Assembly (NCBI GenBank): GCA_016699955.1
Contig: CP064993.1
Coordinates: 270,001-302,000, forward strand
DNA from: Candidatus Saccharimonadota bacterium
Lineage (GTDB): Bacteria > Patescibacteriota > Saccharimonadia > Saccharimonadales > UBA4665
Direction: 5' to 3'
Length of the DNA stretch: 32,000 nt
Shown here: positions 1 through 8,113 of the stretch, piece by piece
Position numbering within the stretch: the first letter of the stretch is position 1
Layout of the letters: every line of letters starts with the position of its first letter
Notes under the pieces: generated by a model
What the model was told of the DNA's origin: nothing
Seen by the model: only the letters and a program-made list of their open reading frames with translations
Database searches by the model: none
Program-made: the position numbers and the translations under genes

Positions 1-206
1 CTTTGGGTAGATTCATTTCCCAATCGTTCGGTCAGATCGCCCTAGACAAGTTTATGTTGCGAGGTTACTTTACCTGTGTTGCGTCCTGTTGTTCCACCTC
101 CAATAATCACTACGTCTAGTTTTAGATCTTCGCTCAATTGTGGGTATGTTGAACGGAGGTACGATTCTTGCCGGTAAGATTTCTCAAGCTTTGGTAACTT
201 TAGCAT
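1..206 (-). pseudogene. FAD-dependent oxidoreductase, N-terminal fragment running off the window start; interrupted by an in-frame TAG
   Basis: Minus-strand ATG at 206 gives MLKLPKLEKSYRQESYLRSTYPQLSEDLKLDVVIIGGGTTGRNTGKVTSQHKLV, then TAG (44-42), then GDLTERLGNESTQ in the same frame. DVVIIGGGxxG is a Rossmann dinucleotide-binding motif. The segment usually found between GGGxxG and TGKVTSQH in this family appears to be missing. Too short for the ORF track. Confidence 0.4.
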
Positions 207-209
207 GCT

Positions 210-1650
210 TTCATTTTAGTCTGTAATAATTAGATATCCTGTGACCCCGCGCACAGCAAATTAAAAAAATGAGTTCATACTTATCTATACACATAAAGAC
301 CTCATATATTAAGTCAACACATTAATCCCAAAAACTGAGGTCGTAATTTTTCTCGGTGATCCATACCGCTCTCGCAATAGTGAGGAGCTTCCGCGCAACA
401 ACGCAGTTGGCGACCGTGTACCGCTTACCCTCAGCTCTTTTCTTGTCATACAGCGCCTGGAAGTATGGGTCGTGTTGTCTGGCTATGTTAGCGGCTATGA
501 ATAAGCTCCGTCTAAGATAGCTGGAACCGCGTTTCGTTAACCGCCCCGTGCTGTTTAAGCTTTTGCCGCTTTGCTTAATGCGAGGGTCGAGTCCAGCATA
601 AGCAATAATAGACTTGGTAGTAGTAAAACGTCGCATGTCTTGTACCTCACCAATAATACTGGCAGCTACGTACGGTCCGATGCCCGGTATAGTTTGAAGC
701 CGGCGAAAAACTATACCATCCGCCGAAACCGCTAAGTCTTTGTAGAGCTGCGCCCGTGCTTCTTTGATGGCTACCTGAACACCGTCAAGCACTTCTCTCA
801 GCTCATCGCTCATTGTATCGTCAACGAGCGCACTGAAGTGGTTTTTGTATTGCCGGAACGAGCTGTTCAACACAGATAGTCGTTGGCAGCCACGACCATA
901 ATACTTGGTGGTTTTGTACGGATCGGGTGTATATGGCCTACCTTCGCCACGTAGTCCTAGTCGGGCGATCACGAGAGCGTCGGTTCGATCGGTTTTCTTC
1001 CCTCGTACCGATGCTCTAATCTGCTGTTTAGTAATGAGTGGATTGTAAACGCGACAGACGATACCGAGATCGAAACACGCATCAGCAAACGCCAAGTGGT
1101 AGCATCCAGTAGCTTCCACCACACAGACGAACTCATCGTCGGGATACGCACCAGAAAGCGTCAAGAGCATAGTAGCGACGTCTCTCGGTTCGTTTAGTAT
1201 GGTTGCTGTTAACTCGGGCATTTCACGCCCCACAGAATTAACCACGGCGATATCTAGCTTCGCTTTAGCCGTATCACAGCCAATAAAAAAAGGTCATAGC
1301 AAATAACTCCTCCGGCTCACATAGTGAGCCCCAAGATTATGTAGTGGTAAAAGATATGGCGGCATCCGCTTCCCAAAAAAGGTGCAATGGGGATACAATA
1401 GACTTGTTCGTTATTGACCGTAGAAGAGCCTTGGTACACCTCCTGTCTGTGTCGACATACACGTCAGAACAGAGGTGAAACACCAAGGTTTTTCTCGTAT
1501 AACCTCATCATAGATTGTTATCTCCAGAATGCAGGAAGCAATAGACTTTACGACGAGATGCTGCCGACTGAGGCAACTCCCAAGTAAGATAGCGATTGTC
1601 CTCCATACCATCCTTTAGTGTAGCCCTTAACAGATGTGAGGGCTAGGTAT
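210..1650 (-). mobile_element. IS110-family insertion sequence (boundaries approximate)
   Basis: Contains the IS110-type transposase ORF plus about 340 nt of non-coding sequence 5' of it and about 110 nt 3' of it. IS110-family elements lack terminal inverted repeats, so I cannot place the ends from sequence alone. Confidence 0.35.
322..1245 (-). CDS. IS110 family transposase; true N-terminus is displaced by a 1-nt frameshift (probable start ATG at 1297)
   Basis: The 307-aa ORF has IS110/IS116/IS902-type sequence (GCYH..., C-terminal GIGP...AYAGL...SG). Extending the same frame upstream reads IGCDTAKAKLDIAVVNSVG, the conserved N-terminal motif containing the first catalytic Asp, and then hits TGA. 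An ATG at 1297-1295 with a GGAGGAG Shine-Dalgarno (1313-1307) is one frame off. It is joined through a T7 run (sense strand; 1285-1291), and removing one T restores MTFFIGCDTAK... Confidence 0.85.
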   Translation of the reverse strand: MVNSVGREMPELTATILNEPRDVATMLLTLSGAYPDDEFVCVVEATGCYHLAFADACFDLGIVCRVYNPLITKQQIRASVRGKKTDRTDALVIARLGLRGEGRPYTPDPYKTTKYYGRGCQRLSVLNSSFRQYKNHFSALVDDTMSDELREVLDGVQVAIKEARAQLYKDLAVSADGIVFRRLQTIPGIGPYVAASIIGEVQDMRRFTTTKSIIAYAGLDPRIKQSGKSLNSTGRLTKRGSSYLRRSLFIAANIARQHDPYFQALYDKKRAEGKRYTVANCVVARKLLTIARAVWITEKNYDLSFWD

Positions 1651-1679
1651 GAATATACAAGTAAAGTAGGGGATACATT

Positions 1680-1835
1680 ATGAGCCACACATCAGATAAG
1701 ATCAGCGGTAAAACCAAACAAGCAGTTGGTAAGATGACTGACAATAAAAAACTGCAGTCAAAAGGTAAAATAGAAGAGGCCAAAGGTGAGGTTAAAGAAA
1801 CCCTGAATGACGCTAGAAAAAAAATGACTGACTAG
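1680..1835 (+). CDS. CsbD-like small stress-response protein (51 aa)
   Basis: MSHTSDKISGKTKQAVGKMTDNKKLQSKGKIEEAKGEVKETLNDARKKMTD has the repeated KGK/AKG Lys-Gly-rich pattern typical of the CsbD family. AGGGGA RBS upstream; below the ORF-track length cutoff. Confidence 0.6.
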   Translation: MSHTSDKISGKTKQAVGKMTDNKKLQSKGKIEEAKGEVKETLNDARKKMTD

Positions 1836-1977
1836 AGTTTAGAATAATCTGGAAGTATTACACCGGTAATGATAGGCAGTAACTCTTGGTTCATATATAC
1901 CACCTGTTTGTTTTAGAACTTACAAACAATAGTGTAGCGCTTCAGAGGAACTGATTATTTTATTTCACATAAATGGG

Positions 1978-2457
1978 TTAGGCATATTTTACGCGGACCA
2001 TGGCATGACGGATAACGTCATTGCCTAGCCGGTAGCCACTCTGAAGTTCTTCGCTCACAATTTCTTGCTTACCATCGCCCTCTTCCATGCTAACTGCCTC
2101 ATGTAAATGAGGGTCAAAAGGTTCACCCAAGGTCTTGATGCGCTCGACGCCAATGTCGGCAAGTGTTTTCTCAAACTGCTTGACCACTCCCTCGATGCCT
2201 TTTACGAAGTCGTTTTCTGTGAGGTCTTTGGGGATATGTTTTAGCGCGCGCTCAAAATTATCAATGATGGGCAATAGGTCTTTGACCACACTTACCTTTA
2301 CTGTTGAACGAAGCGAAACGATTTGCTCCTCGTGCCGCCGACGAATGTTTGTGGCATCTGCCCGTTCTCTCTGCAATGCTTCTGTCAGCTGCGCATTTTC
2401 TGCAGCCAACTGCTCAGCAATTTTTGCGTAATCTAAATCTTGCTTTTTTTTCGTCAT
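1978..2457 (-). CDS. grpE: nucleotide exchange factor GrpE
   Basis: 159-aa ORF with an N-terminal coiled coil and a C-terminal GrpE signature (LLPIIDNFERAL ... FDPHLHEAV ... V..GY.L...VIRHAMV.V). Lies directly downstream of hrcA. Confidence 0.9.
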   Translation of the reverse strand: MTKKKQDLDYAKIAEQLAAENAQLTEALQRERADATNIRRRHEEQIVSLRSTVKVSVVKDLLPIIDNFERALKHIPKDLTENDFVKGIEGVVKQFEKTLADIGVERIKTLGEPFDPHLHEAVSMEEGDGKQEIVSEELQSGYRLGNDVIRHAMVRVKYA

Positions 2458-2513
2458 ATATTATTTAACCCCCATTAGCGTGTTGTTCAAGCATAGAGAT
2501 TCGTCTAGTGGCA

Positions 2514-3212
2514 TTAAAGAACCTCCTCCAGTGTTTTGCCGGCATGGGCAACTAGGTTCATGACTTCGCGGTAGCTTTGTCGCGTTGGACCAAGCGTGCC
2601 AATGTAACTATGGTCGCTAAACGGGCTGCGGAATCGGCTGATGATCAGGCTGACATCTGCGCTGCGACCGATCGGGTTTTCGGCACCAATATAGACGGTG
2701 AGTGGCTGGTTTGGAGCTGCTTCCCGCAACCACGGCTCCAGGTTATCAAGTAAACTCGCTACCTGTTGCACCTGAGCACCGCCGTGAAATTCGGGCTGGC
2801 CAAAAAGGTTTGAAAGGCCGGAAATGTACAGCTGGTTGCCTATGGTGGCAAGGCCAAGGTTGTGCGTCAACTCAACAAGCGTATCGACGGCGTTGCGAAT
2901 GGCGCGTTCGGGCAGACCTCCGTCCTGCAAACGAGCCGAAAGCGCCCGCTCGGCACCGCGTTCGGGAGCGGTTTGACCGTCTTCGGTAATGTAGTTCACG
3001 TAAAAACGGTAGCCTTTGTCGGTCGGGATACGACCAGCGCTCGTGTGCGGCTGGCGTATAAAACCCATGCCTTCCAACTCAGCCATTTCAGCGCGGATAG
3101 TAGCACTAGATACGCCAAATGCTTTTGCCAACAGACTGCTGCCTACCGGTACGGCAACTTCAGCGTACTGTTCTATGATGGCAGTAAGAATTTGCTTTTG
3201 ACGAATTGTCAT
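2514..3212 (-). CDS. hrcA: heat-inducible transcription repressor HrcA (short form, 232 aa)
   Basis: N-terminal wHTH MTIRQKQILTAIIEQYAEVAVPVGSSLLAKAFGVSSATIRAEMAELEGMGFIRQPHTSAGRIPTDKGYRFYV is classic HrcA. A CIRCE-like operator lies upstream and grpE downstream. Confidence 0.88.
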   Translation of the reverse strand: MTIRQKQILTAIIEQYAEVAVPVGSSLLAKAFGVSSATIRAEMAELEGMGFIRQPHTSAGRIPTDKGYRFYVNYITEDGQTAPERGAERALSARLQDGGLPERAIRNAVDTLVELTHNLGLATIGNQLYISGLSNLFGQPEFHGGAQVQQVASLLDNLEPWLREAAPNQPLTVYIGAENPIGRSADVSLIISRFRSPFSDHSYIGTLGPTRQSYREVMNLVAHAGKTLEEVL

Positions 3213-3230
3213 TACATAAATGTATCATAC

Positions 3231-3255
3231 TGGCACTCAAAACTCAAGAGTGCCA
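3231..3255. promoter_or_regulatory. CIRCE-like operator (TGGCACTC-N9-GAGTGCCA)
   Basis: Perfect 8-bp inverted repeat with a 9-nt spacer, 19 nt upstream of the hrcA start. It overlaps a TATGAT -10-like hexamer on the minus strand. Compare canonical CIRCE TTAGCACTC-N9-GAGTGCTAA. Confidence 0.75.
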
Positions 3256-3330
3256 AGGTCTAGCGATAACCCATAATAGTACGCTTGAGTAACCGGACCT
3301 TGAAGGAGCATGAGCCTGGATCAACATAAA

Positions 3331-4044
3331 CTAATGCGTTTTTAGGTCGCCCAAGATCCGCTCAACCCACACCCGATAACTTTTGTCTATTTGGTTCTGA
3401 TCGTCATCATGCGCAATAATTCCCTCGGCCGAATGAACCGCCTGATCGAGGTCTTCATTTACTAAAAAGTGATAATACGGTTTGCTCAACGCATCTTCAA
3501 GTTCTCTAGTGGCACTTGCGCGGCGCGCTGGCCACGCTTCGTTGAACTCGGCTTCACTTTCATAGCGGTGTTTAATCCGCTGCATCCATATTTCAAAACT
3601 AGGCGGCACTACAAAAATGGCAACGACGTTACTGGAAAGCGACTTAAAGGTGTGCACTCCTTGCACATCAACGTCAACAATCGGAGTTTTGCCTGCCTCG
3701 GCGGCTCGCTCAATTTCACTTGCTAGCACACCGTATATACATTCGTGCACCAGGGCAGCCTCAATATACTCACCAGCCTCAAGTTTCGCTACGGCTTGCT
3801 CGTGAGTTAAAAAGATGTAGTCAATTCCATCCCGCTCCATCACGCCGTTATTCTCACGCGGCTCGCGGGTCGTACTGGTGACAATATCGTGGTACTTACC
3901 GCTTTTCAACATACCGTTCATAATGGCATTTTTGCCTGCGCCAGCTGTCCCGGCGAATATGATTAGCTTCTGACTGCGTAACGTTTCGATTGTTTTATTG
4001 CTGGGATGATAGTTTTGGAGGAGCTGTTTGATATTGTTTTGCAT
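3331..4044 (-). CDS. guanylate kinase-like P-loop nucleoside monophosphate kinase
   Basis: Contains P-loop GTAGAGKN and TSTTREPRENNGVMERDGIDYIF (Gmk-type TTR..R..E..G.DY.F). The track ORF starts at 4128, but the first 28 residues are Cys/Tyr-rich junk. The ATG at 4044 (MQNNIKQLL) is preceded by TATAAC. Confidence 0.65.
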   Translation of the reverse strand: MQNNIKQLLQNYHPSNKTIETLRSQKLIIFAGTAGAGKNAIMNGMLKSGKYHDIVTSTTREPRENNGVMERDGIDYIFLTHEQAVAKLEAGEYIEAALVHECIYGVLASEIERAAEAGKTPIVDVDVQGVHTFKSLSSNVVAIFVVPPSFEIWMQRIKHRYESEAEFNEAWPARRASATRELEDALSKPYYHFLVNEDLDQAVHSAEGIIAHDDDQNQIDKSYRVWVERILGDLKTH

Positions 4045-4206
4045 GCAGTAGTTATAGCAGATGTAGGCTGTGTTACAAAACCCACAGACACATTGTGCTA
4101 ACGAAAAGATGTGAGGCAAGCGCCCCAATTTACCCTAAATGACCAAGACAATACACCACATTCACTAAAAAACTACTACTTAAAAGTCGGTCGTAACGAA
4201 AAAACT

Positions 4207-4256
4207 CCCCTCGTCTCAGTCTCACCAGTATCGCGTCAGAAGACGGCGGGGTTTTT
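4207..4256 (-). terminator. intrinsic terminator downstream of lepA (hairpin flanked by A- and T-runs, possibly bidirectional)
   Basis: CCCCTCGTCT (4207-4216) pairs imperfectly with AGACGGCGGGG (4241-4251). On the minus strand the hairpin is followed by a T-run. It lies 14 nt after the lepA stop. Confidence 0.5.
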
Positions 4257-4269
4257 GCTTAAGTCAAGT

Positions 4270-6111
4270 TTAGTCTCGCTTGAGCATGACGGTGAAAGCT
4301 TCGGAAGGAATGTCGACTTTGCCGAAACGTTTCATCCGTTTCTTGCCCTTGGCTTGCTTGGCGAGAACCTTTTTCTTGCGGGAAACGTCACCGCCATACA
4401 GTCCAGTCGTTACATCTTTGCGGTAGGCACTCAGGTCTTCGCGTGCAACAAAACGGCCGTTTATACCAGCCTGCAGGGCAACCTGGAAATTTTGGCGAGG
4501 TATAACTTCTTTGAGTTTGGCAACAATGTCGCGGCCGAGTTTTTGCGCTTCGCTTCGGTGAACCATGATGCTTAAGCTACTAACAATTTCTCCTGCCACA
4601 TAGAAATCTAATTTCACAAGATCTTCTGCGCGGTAATCGTCGAGCTCGTAGTTAAAGCTGCCATAGCCACTGGTAATACTTTTCAGCTGATCATAAAAAT
4701 CAGTTAGCAAATTGGCCAGTGGCGCCTCAAAGCTTACCATAGCGCGCTCATCTATGTAGCTTAGGTTGGTCTGCAAACCTCGTTTGGTGGAGATAAGCTG
4801 AATAACCGGACCGACATAGTTTTGCGGAACGACAATTTCACCCTTTATCCAAGGCTCTGCAATCTCGGCAATTTTGGTAACTTCCGGCAGGTCAGCGGCC
4901 GATTTGATGTCTAGTTCTTCACCGTTTATGAGACGAACCTTATAGTCAGTACTTGGGTTTGTCACGACAAGCTCGAGGTTGTATTCTCTCTCCAGCCGTT
5001 CACGAATGATATCCATGTGCAGTAGCCCCAGAAAGCCTATCCTAACGCCAAAACCTAGTACGGGTGAGTTTTCCGGCGCAAATTGCAGCGCTGAGTCGCT
5101 CAGGCTAAGTTTCTCAATGGCGTCTTTCAGCTCCTGATAGTACTCGTTAGATTCCGGGAAAAAACCGGCATAGACAAAAGGCTGTACATCCCGGTAGCCC
5201 GGTAAGGCTTCGCTGGCCGGGTTAGACGAAAGCGTGACGGTGTCGCCCACGCGAGCTTCACGTGTACTCTTCAGGTTCGTGACGATGTAGCCGATTTCGC
5301 CGGTTCTAAGCTCAGCATTTGGTACCATGTCAGGCTTGAGCGCCCCAACTTCGAGCGCAATGCCTTGTGCGCTTGTAGCAAACATTTTTATCTGCGCGTT
5401 TTTTAAAATGTGGCCGTCAAATACTCGCACGTACAAAATAACGCCGCGATAATCGTCGTAATAGCTATCGAAAATCAGTGCCCTCGTTGGCGGTTTTTCA
5501 CCCGGGATGCTTGTTTGCTCTCTATCTTTTTCACTTCGTTCGAAGGTATTGCTCAGACTTACCGGTACTCGCGGAGGAGGAATGTCGCTAACAATTCGTT
5601 CCAAGACCGCTGCAACACCTTGCCCCGTTTTGGCGGAAATCTTAAGTATGTCTGCTTCTGTGCAGCCGAGTAGACTAATGATTTCTCGACTTACTTTCGC
5701 AACGTCTGCAGCGGGCAAGTCGATCTTGTTGAGTACTGGGATGATGGTCAGGTCTGCTGCTATGGCCAAGTACACGTTGGCGAGTGTTTGCGCTTGAATA
5801 CCCTGGCTGGCATCGACCACGAGCAGAGCGCCCTCACACGCCTGAAGCGAACGAGATACTTCGTACGAAAAATCGACATGACCCGGCGTATCAATGAGAT
5901 TCAGCTCATGACCGCTGTAGTCCATGCGTACGGGAGCAAGTTTAATAGTGATGCCTTTTTCGCGCTCCAGATCCATGCGGTCAAGCAGCTGCGCTTTCAT
6001 GTTGCGCTTTTCGACAGTACCGGTCAGCTCGAGTAACCGGTCAGCAAGAGTCGACTTGCCGTGATCGATGTGTGCAATGATGCAGAAATTTCTGATGTGT
6101 TGTTGATCCAC
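4270..6111 (-). CDS. lepA: translation elongation factor 4 (LepA)
   Basis: 613-aa ORF with IRNFCIIAHIDHGKSTLADRLL, DTPGHVDF, NKIDLP and a LepA C-terminal domain (..RQNFQVALQA...KDVTTGLYGGDVSRKKKVL..Q..GKKRMK). GTG start. Confidence 0.95.
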   Translation of the reverse strand: MDQQHIRNFCIIAHIDHGKSTLADRLLELTGTVEKRNMKAQLLDRMDLEREKGITIKLAPVRMDYSGHELNLIDTPGHVDFSYEVSRSLQACEGALLVVDASQGIQAQTLANVYLAIAADLTIIPVLNKIDLPAADVAKVSREIISLLGCTEADILKISAKTGQGVAAVLERIVSDIPPPRVPVSLSNTFERSEKDREQTSIPGEKPPTRALIFDSYYDDYRGVILYVRVFDGHILKNAQIKMFATSAQGIALEVGALKPDMVPNAELRTGEIGYIVTNLKSTREARVGDTVTLSSNPASEALPGYRDVQPFVYAGFFPESNEYYQELKDAIEKLSLSDSALQFAPENSPVLGFGVRIGFLGLLHMDIIRERLEREYNLELVVTNPSTDYKVRLINGEELDIKSAADLPEVTKIAEIAEPWIKGEIVVPQNYVGPVIQLISTKRGLQTNLSYIDERAMVSFEAPLANLLTDFYDQLKSITSGYGSFNYELDDYRAEDLVKLDFYVAGEIVSSLSIMVHRSEAQKLGRDIVAKLKEVIPRQNFQVALQAGINGRFVAREDLSAYRKDVTTGLYGGDVSRKKKVLAKQAKGKKRMKRFGKVDIPSEAFTVMLKRD

Positions 6112-6117
6112 TGTTAG

Positions 6118-6159
6118 ACTCTTAACTCTTAACTCTTAACTCTTAACTCTTAACTCTTG
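6118..6159. repeat. 7-bp tandem repeat (ACTCTTA)x5 plus one degenerate unit
   Basis: Five perfect head-to-tail copies at 6118-6152, then ACTCTTG. The repeat fills most of the 73-bp murJ-lepA intergenic spacer, immediately upstream of the lepA GTG start. Confidence 0.95.
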
Positions 6160-6184
6160 CGAGTATAACAGAGGTAGAATATAT

Positions 6185-7795
6185 TTAATACTCAATCTTT
6201 ACTGGCTTTAGCACAAAGCGTTTTACGGAAGAGAATAATTGCCGGGCTTCACTCAACCCAAACAAGGCTGAAATCAAAAGATGTGTGCTGATGGTAATAC
6301 TGCTAATAGCAAAAAGTTTTATCAGTAGGGTAAACCCAGTGTCTGCCGTCATGAGTGGCAAAAACTGAACCGCGATGAACCCGGCTATCAAACTAAAACC
6401 GGTTACCGATACAATACGATATATGCCACTCCAAAACTCTTTATCAAAAAGTTTACGGTCACGATTAAGCATTATGGCCCCTAATATGAATACCTCTGTG
6501 GCCGCAACAATTGACTGGGCAATAGCAAGCCCTTCAACACCGTATGCTCCCGGGCGAGATAGTGAATAAGCCAATATGACATTCAGTCCAATAACAAACA
6601 TCGACACAAGAAGTGGCGTACGGGTGTCCTCTTGGGCATAAAACCAGCGCGATACTATCGCAAAAATAGTTCGGAACAATATGGCGATACATAGTGCGCC
6701 AAAAATTACCGCAATTTCCTGAGAATTACGTGAAAAAATTAACCGCGCTAGGTAGCCTCGTGCAAAAAAACTAACAACGACAACAGGCAAAGTAATCCAG
6801 ATTATTAGCCGTAGCGTTTTAAGAAAATCTTGTCTAAATAGGTCGGGACGACCCTGGCTCAGCCTAGCGTTAAGCCTCGGAAAAACTGCAGTTGAGATTG
6901 CTGTACCAATAAGCAGGATTGGAGCGGTGTGTAGCACATACGCAGTGTTGTAGTTGCCTACCGCAGTTGCTCCGCCGAGCGCAGAATTTGAAGCTATATT
7001 TGTTTCGACAATACTCTGGACTTGGTCGAGGCCCTGATCGAGCGACCGTGGTGGAAGCTGACGAATCATACTCTTAAAATCGCTTGTTGCGTGTATTTTT
7101 GGTTTCCAAGCAAAACCAAGACCGTAAGAGCCGAGCAATATAACCGCAAGCTGTAATACAGCTCCAAATGCCGCTCCAATAGCTAGCCCGACAATACCAA
7201 TGCCATCTTTAAAGATGTAAATACTGGCAATAATACTCAGGTTATAAAACAATGGTGCTATTGCATAAAAGAAAAAACGACCAAACACCTGTTGAACTGC
7301 GGCAATGACACCAGAAATTGTAAAAAATAATGGATTAAGCGCTAGTATACGCATCATAAGTGCCACATTATGCAGTTGATCCGGGGTGTAACCGTGGGCT
7401 ACTTGACGAGCGAGTACGTCTGCAAAAATAAAAATAAATATGCCGACAACCGACAAAACGATACTCAGGAGGTTAATCAAGCTGCTTGAAAGCTCCCAAA
7501 CTGCTTTTCGATCGCCGCGAGCGAGGCGGTCAGTAAGATAAGGCATAAATGCAACTCCAAGCGCACCGGCAGCAATGGTGAAAAAGAAGAAATCTGGTAG
7601 GACAAAGGCGGCAAAATAGACGCCAGCATTCTGATCGGGCGGTATTTGCGCGCCACCAGGTATGCTGTTGAAGTTTGCGTTAACGAGCTTTGTTCTGAAA
7701 AATCCCAGCACCTGTGCGAGCATAGCCGTACCAATTAACAGCATGGCGGCATTACCGAAACTGATCAGCTTCCAGCTGCGTGTGGTTATTCGCAT
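6185..7795 (-). CDS. murJ: lipid II flippase MurJ (MviN family)
   Basis: 536-aa polytopic membrane protein with an MurJ/MOP-type N-terminus (..FFRTKLVNANF...AF.LPDFFF..IAAGALGVAF.P) and roughly 14 hydrophobic segments. Confidence 0.8.
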   Translation of the reverse strand: MRITTRSWKLISFGNAAMLLIGTAMLAQVLGFFRTKLVNANFNSIPGGAQIPPDQNAGVYFAAFVLPDFFFFTIAAGALGVAFMPYLTDRLARGDRKAVWELSSSLINLLSIVLSVVGIFIFIFADVLARQVAHGYTPDQLHNVALMMRILALNPLFFTISGVIAAVQQVFGRFFFYAIAPLFYNLSIIASIYIFKDGIGIVGLAIGAAFGAVLQLAVILLGSYGLGFAWKPKIHATSDFKSMIRQLPPRSLDQGLDQVQSIVETNIASNSALGGATAVGNYNTAYVLHTAPILLIGTAISTAVFPRLNARLSQGRPDLFRQDFLKTLRLIIWITLPVVVVSFFARGYLARLIFSRNSQEIAVIFGALCIAILFRTIFAIVSRWFYAQEDTRTPLLVSMFVIGLNVILAYSLSRPGAYGVEGLAIAQSIVAATEVFILGAIMLNRDRKLFDKEFWSGIYRIVSVTGFSLIAGFIAVQFLPLMTADTGFTLLIKLFAISSITISTHLLISALFGLSEARQLFSSVKRFVLKPVKIEY

Positions 7796-8113
7796 ATCAC
7801 CTTTAGTATAGCTCCCCCGGGCAGATGAAGCTACTCACTTCAGCCTGATAACCTGCTCGTCTATCATTTCTCCGGCCACGCTACTACTATTTTGTTTATC
7901 TGGCACGCTTGGCGGCGCCGATTTTTTTGCTTTACAATGAGCTTACGCTTTGTTTTTCAGCTGGCTCAAGCGGAGCAAGCAAAGCCGGAGCGACCTGACT
8001 CTCCATAGCGCCTGGTGCCTTACTAGTTAGCTTTCAAACATCCAAGCATAAGGAAATGCATTAAAGACCCGTAAAGTCCGGCATTGCGACAAAAAACGGT
8101 GACAGAGATAAAC

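Noticed and set aside
3331-4128. Full 265-aa version of the guanylate-kinase-like ORF
   Set aside because: The first 28 codons are Cys/Tyr/Phe-rich and precede a conserved-looking MQNNIKQLL start that has a -10-like hexamer. The shorter ORF (to 4044) is preferred.
6118-6159. Possible CRISPR-like array
   Set aside because: The units are 7 bp and directly abutting, with no spacers. This is a microsatellite, not a CRISPR array. No CRISPR array was seen anywhere in the window.
7992-7999. GUCAGGUC (minus strand), resembling SRP RNA helix 8
   Set aside because: This is only an 8-nt match. The adjacent GGAA tetraloop and the AGCA and GA conserved loop residues are absent.
8071-8082. GTAAAGTCCGGC, resembling the RNase P RNA GGAAAGUCCGG motif (plus strand)
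   Set aside because: In RNase P RNA this motif lies near the 5' end, so the rest of the roughly 350-nt RNA would have to run into the ftsH coding region. None of the other universal motifs is present.
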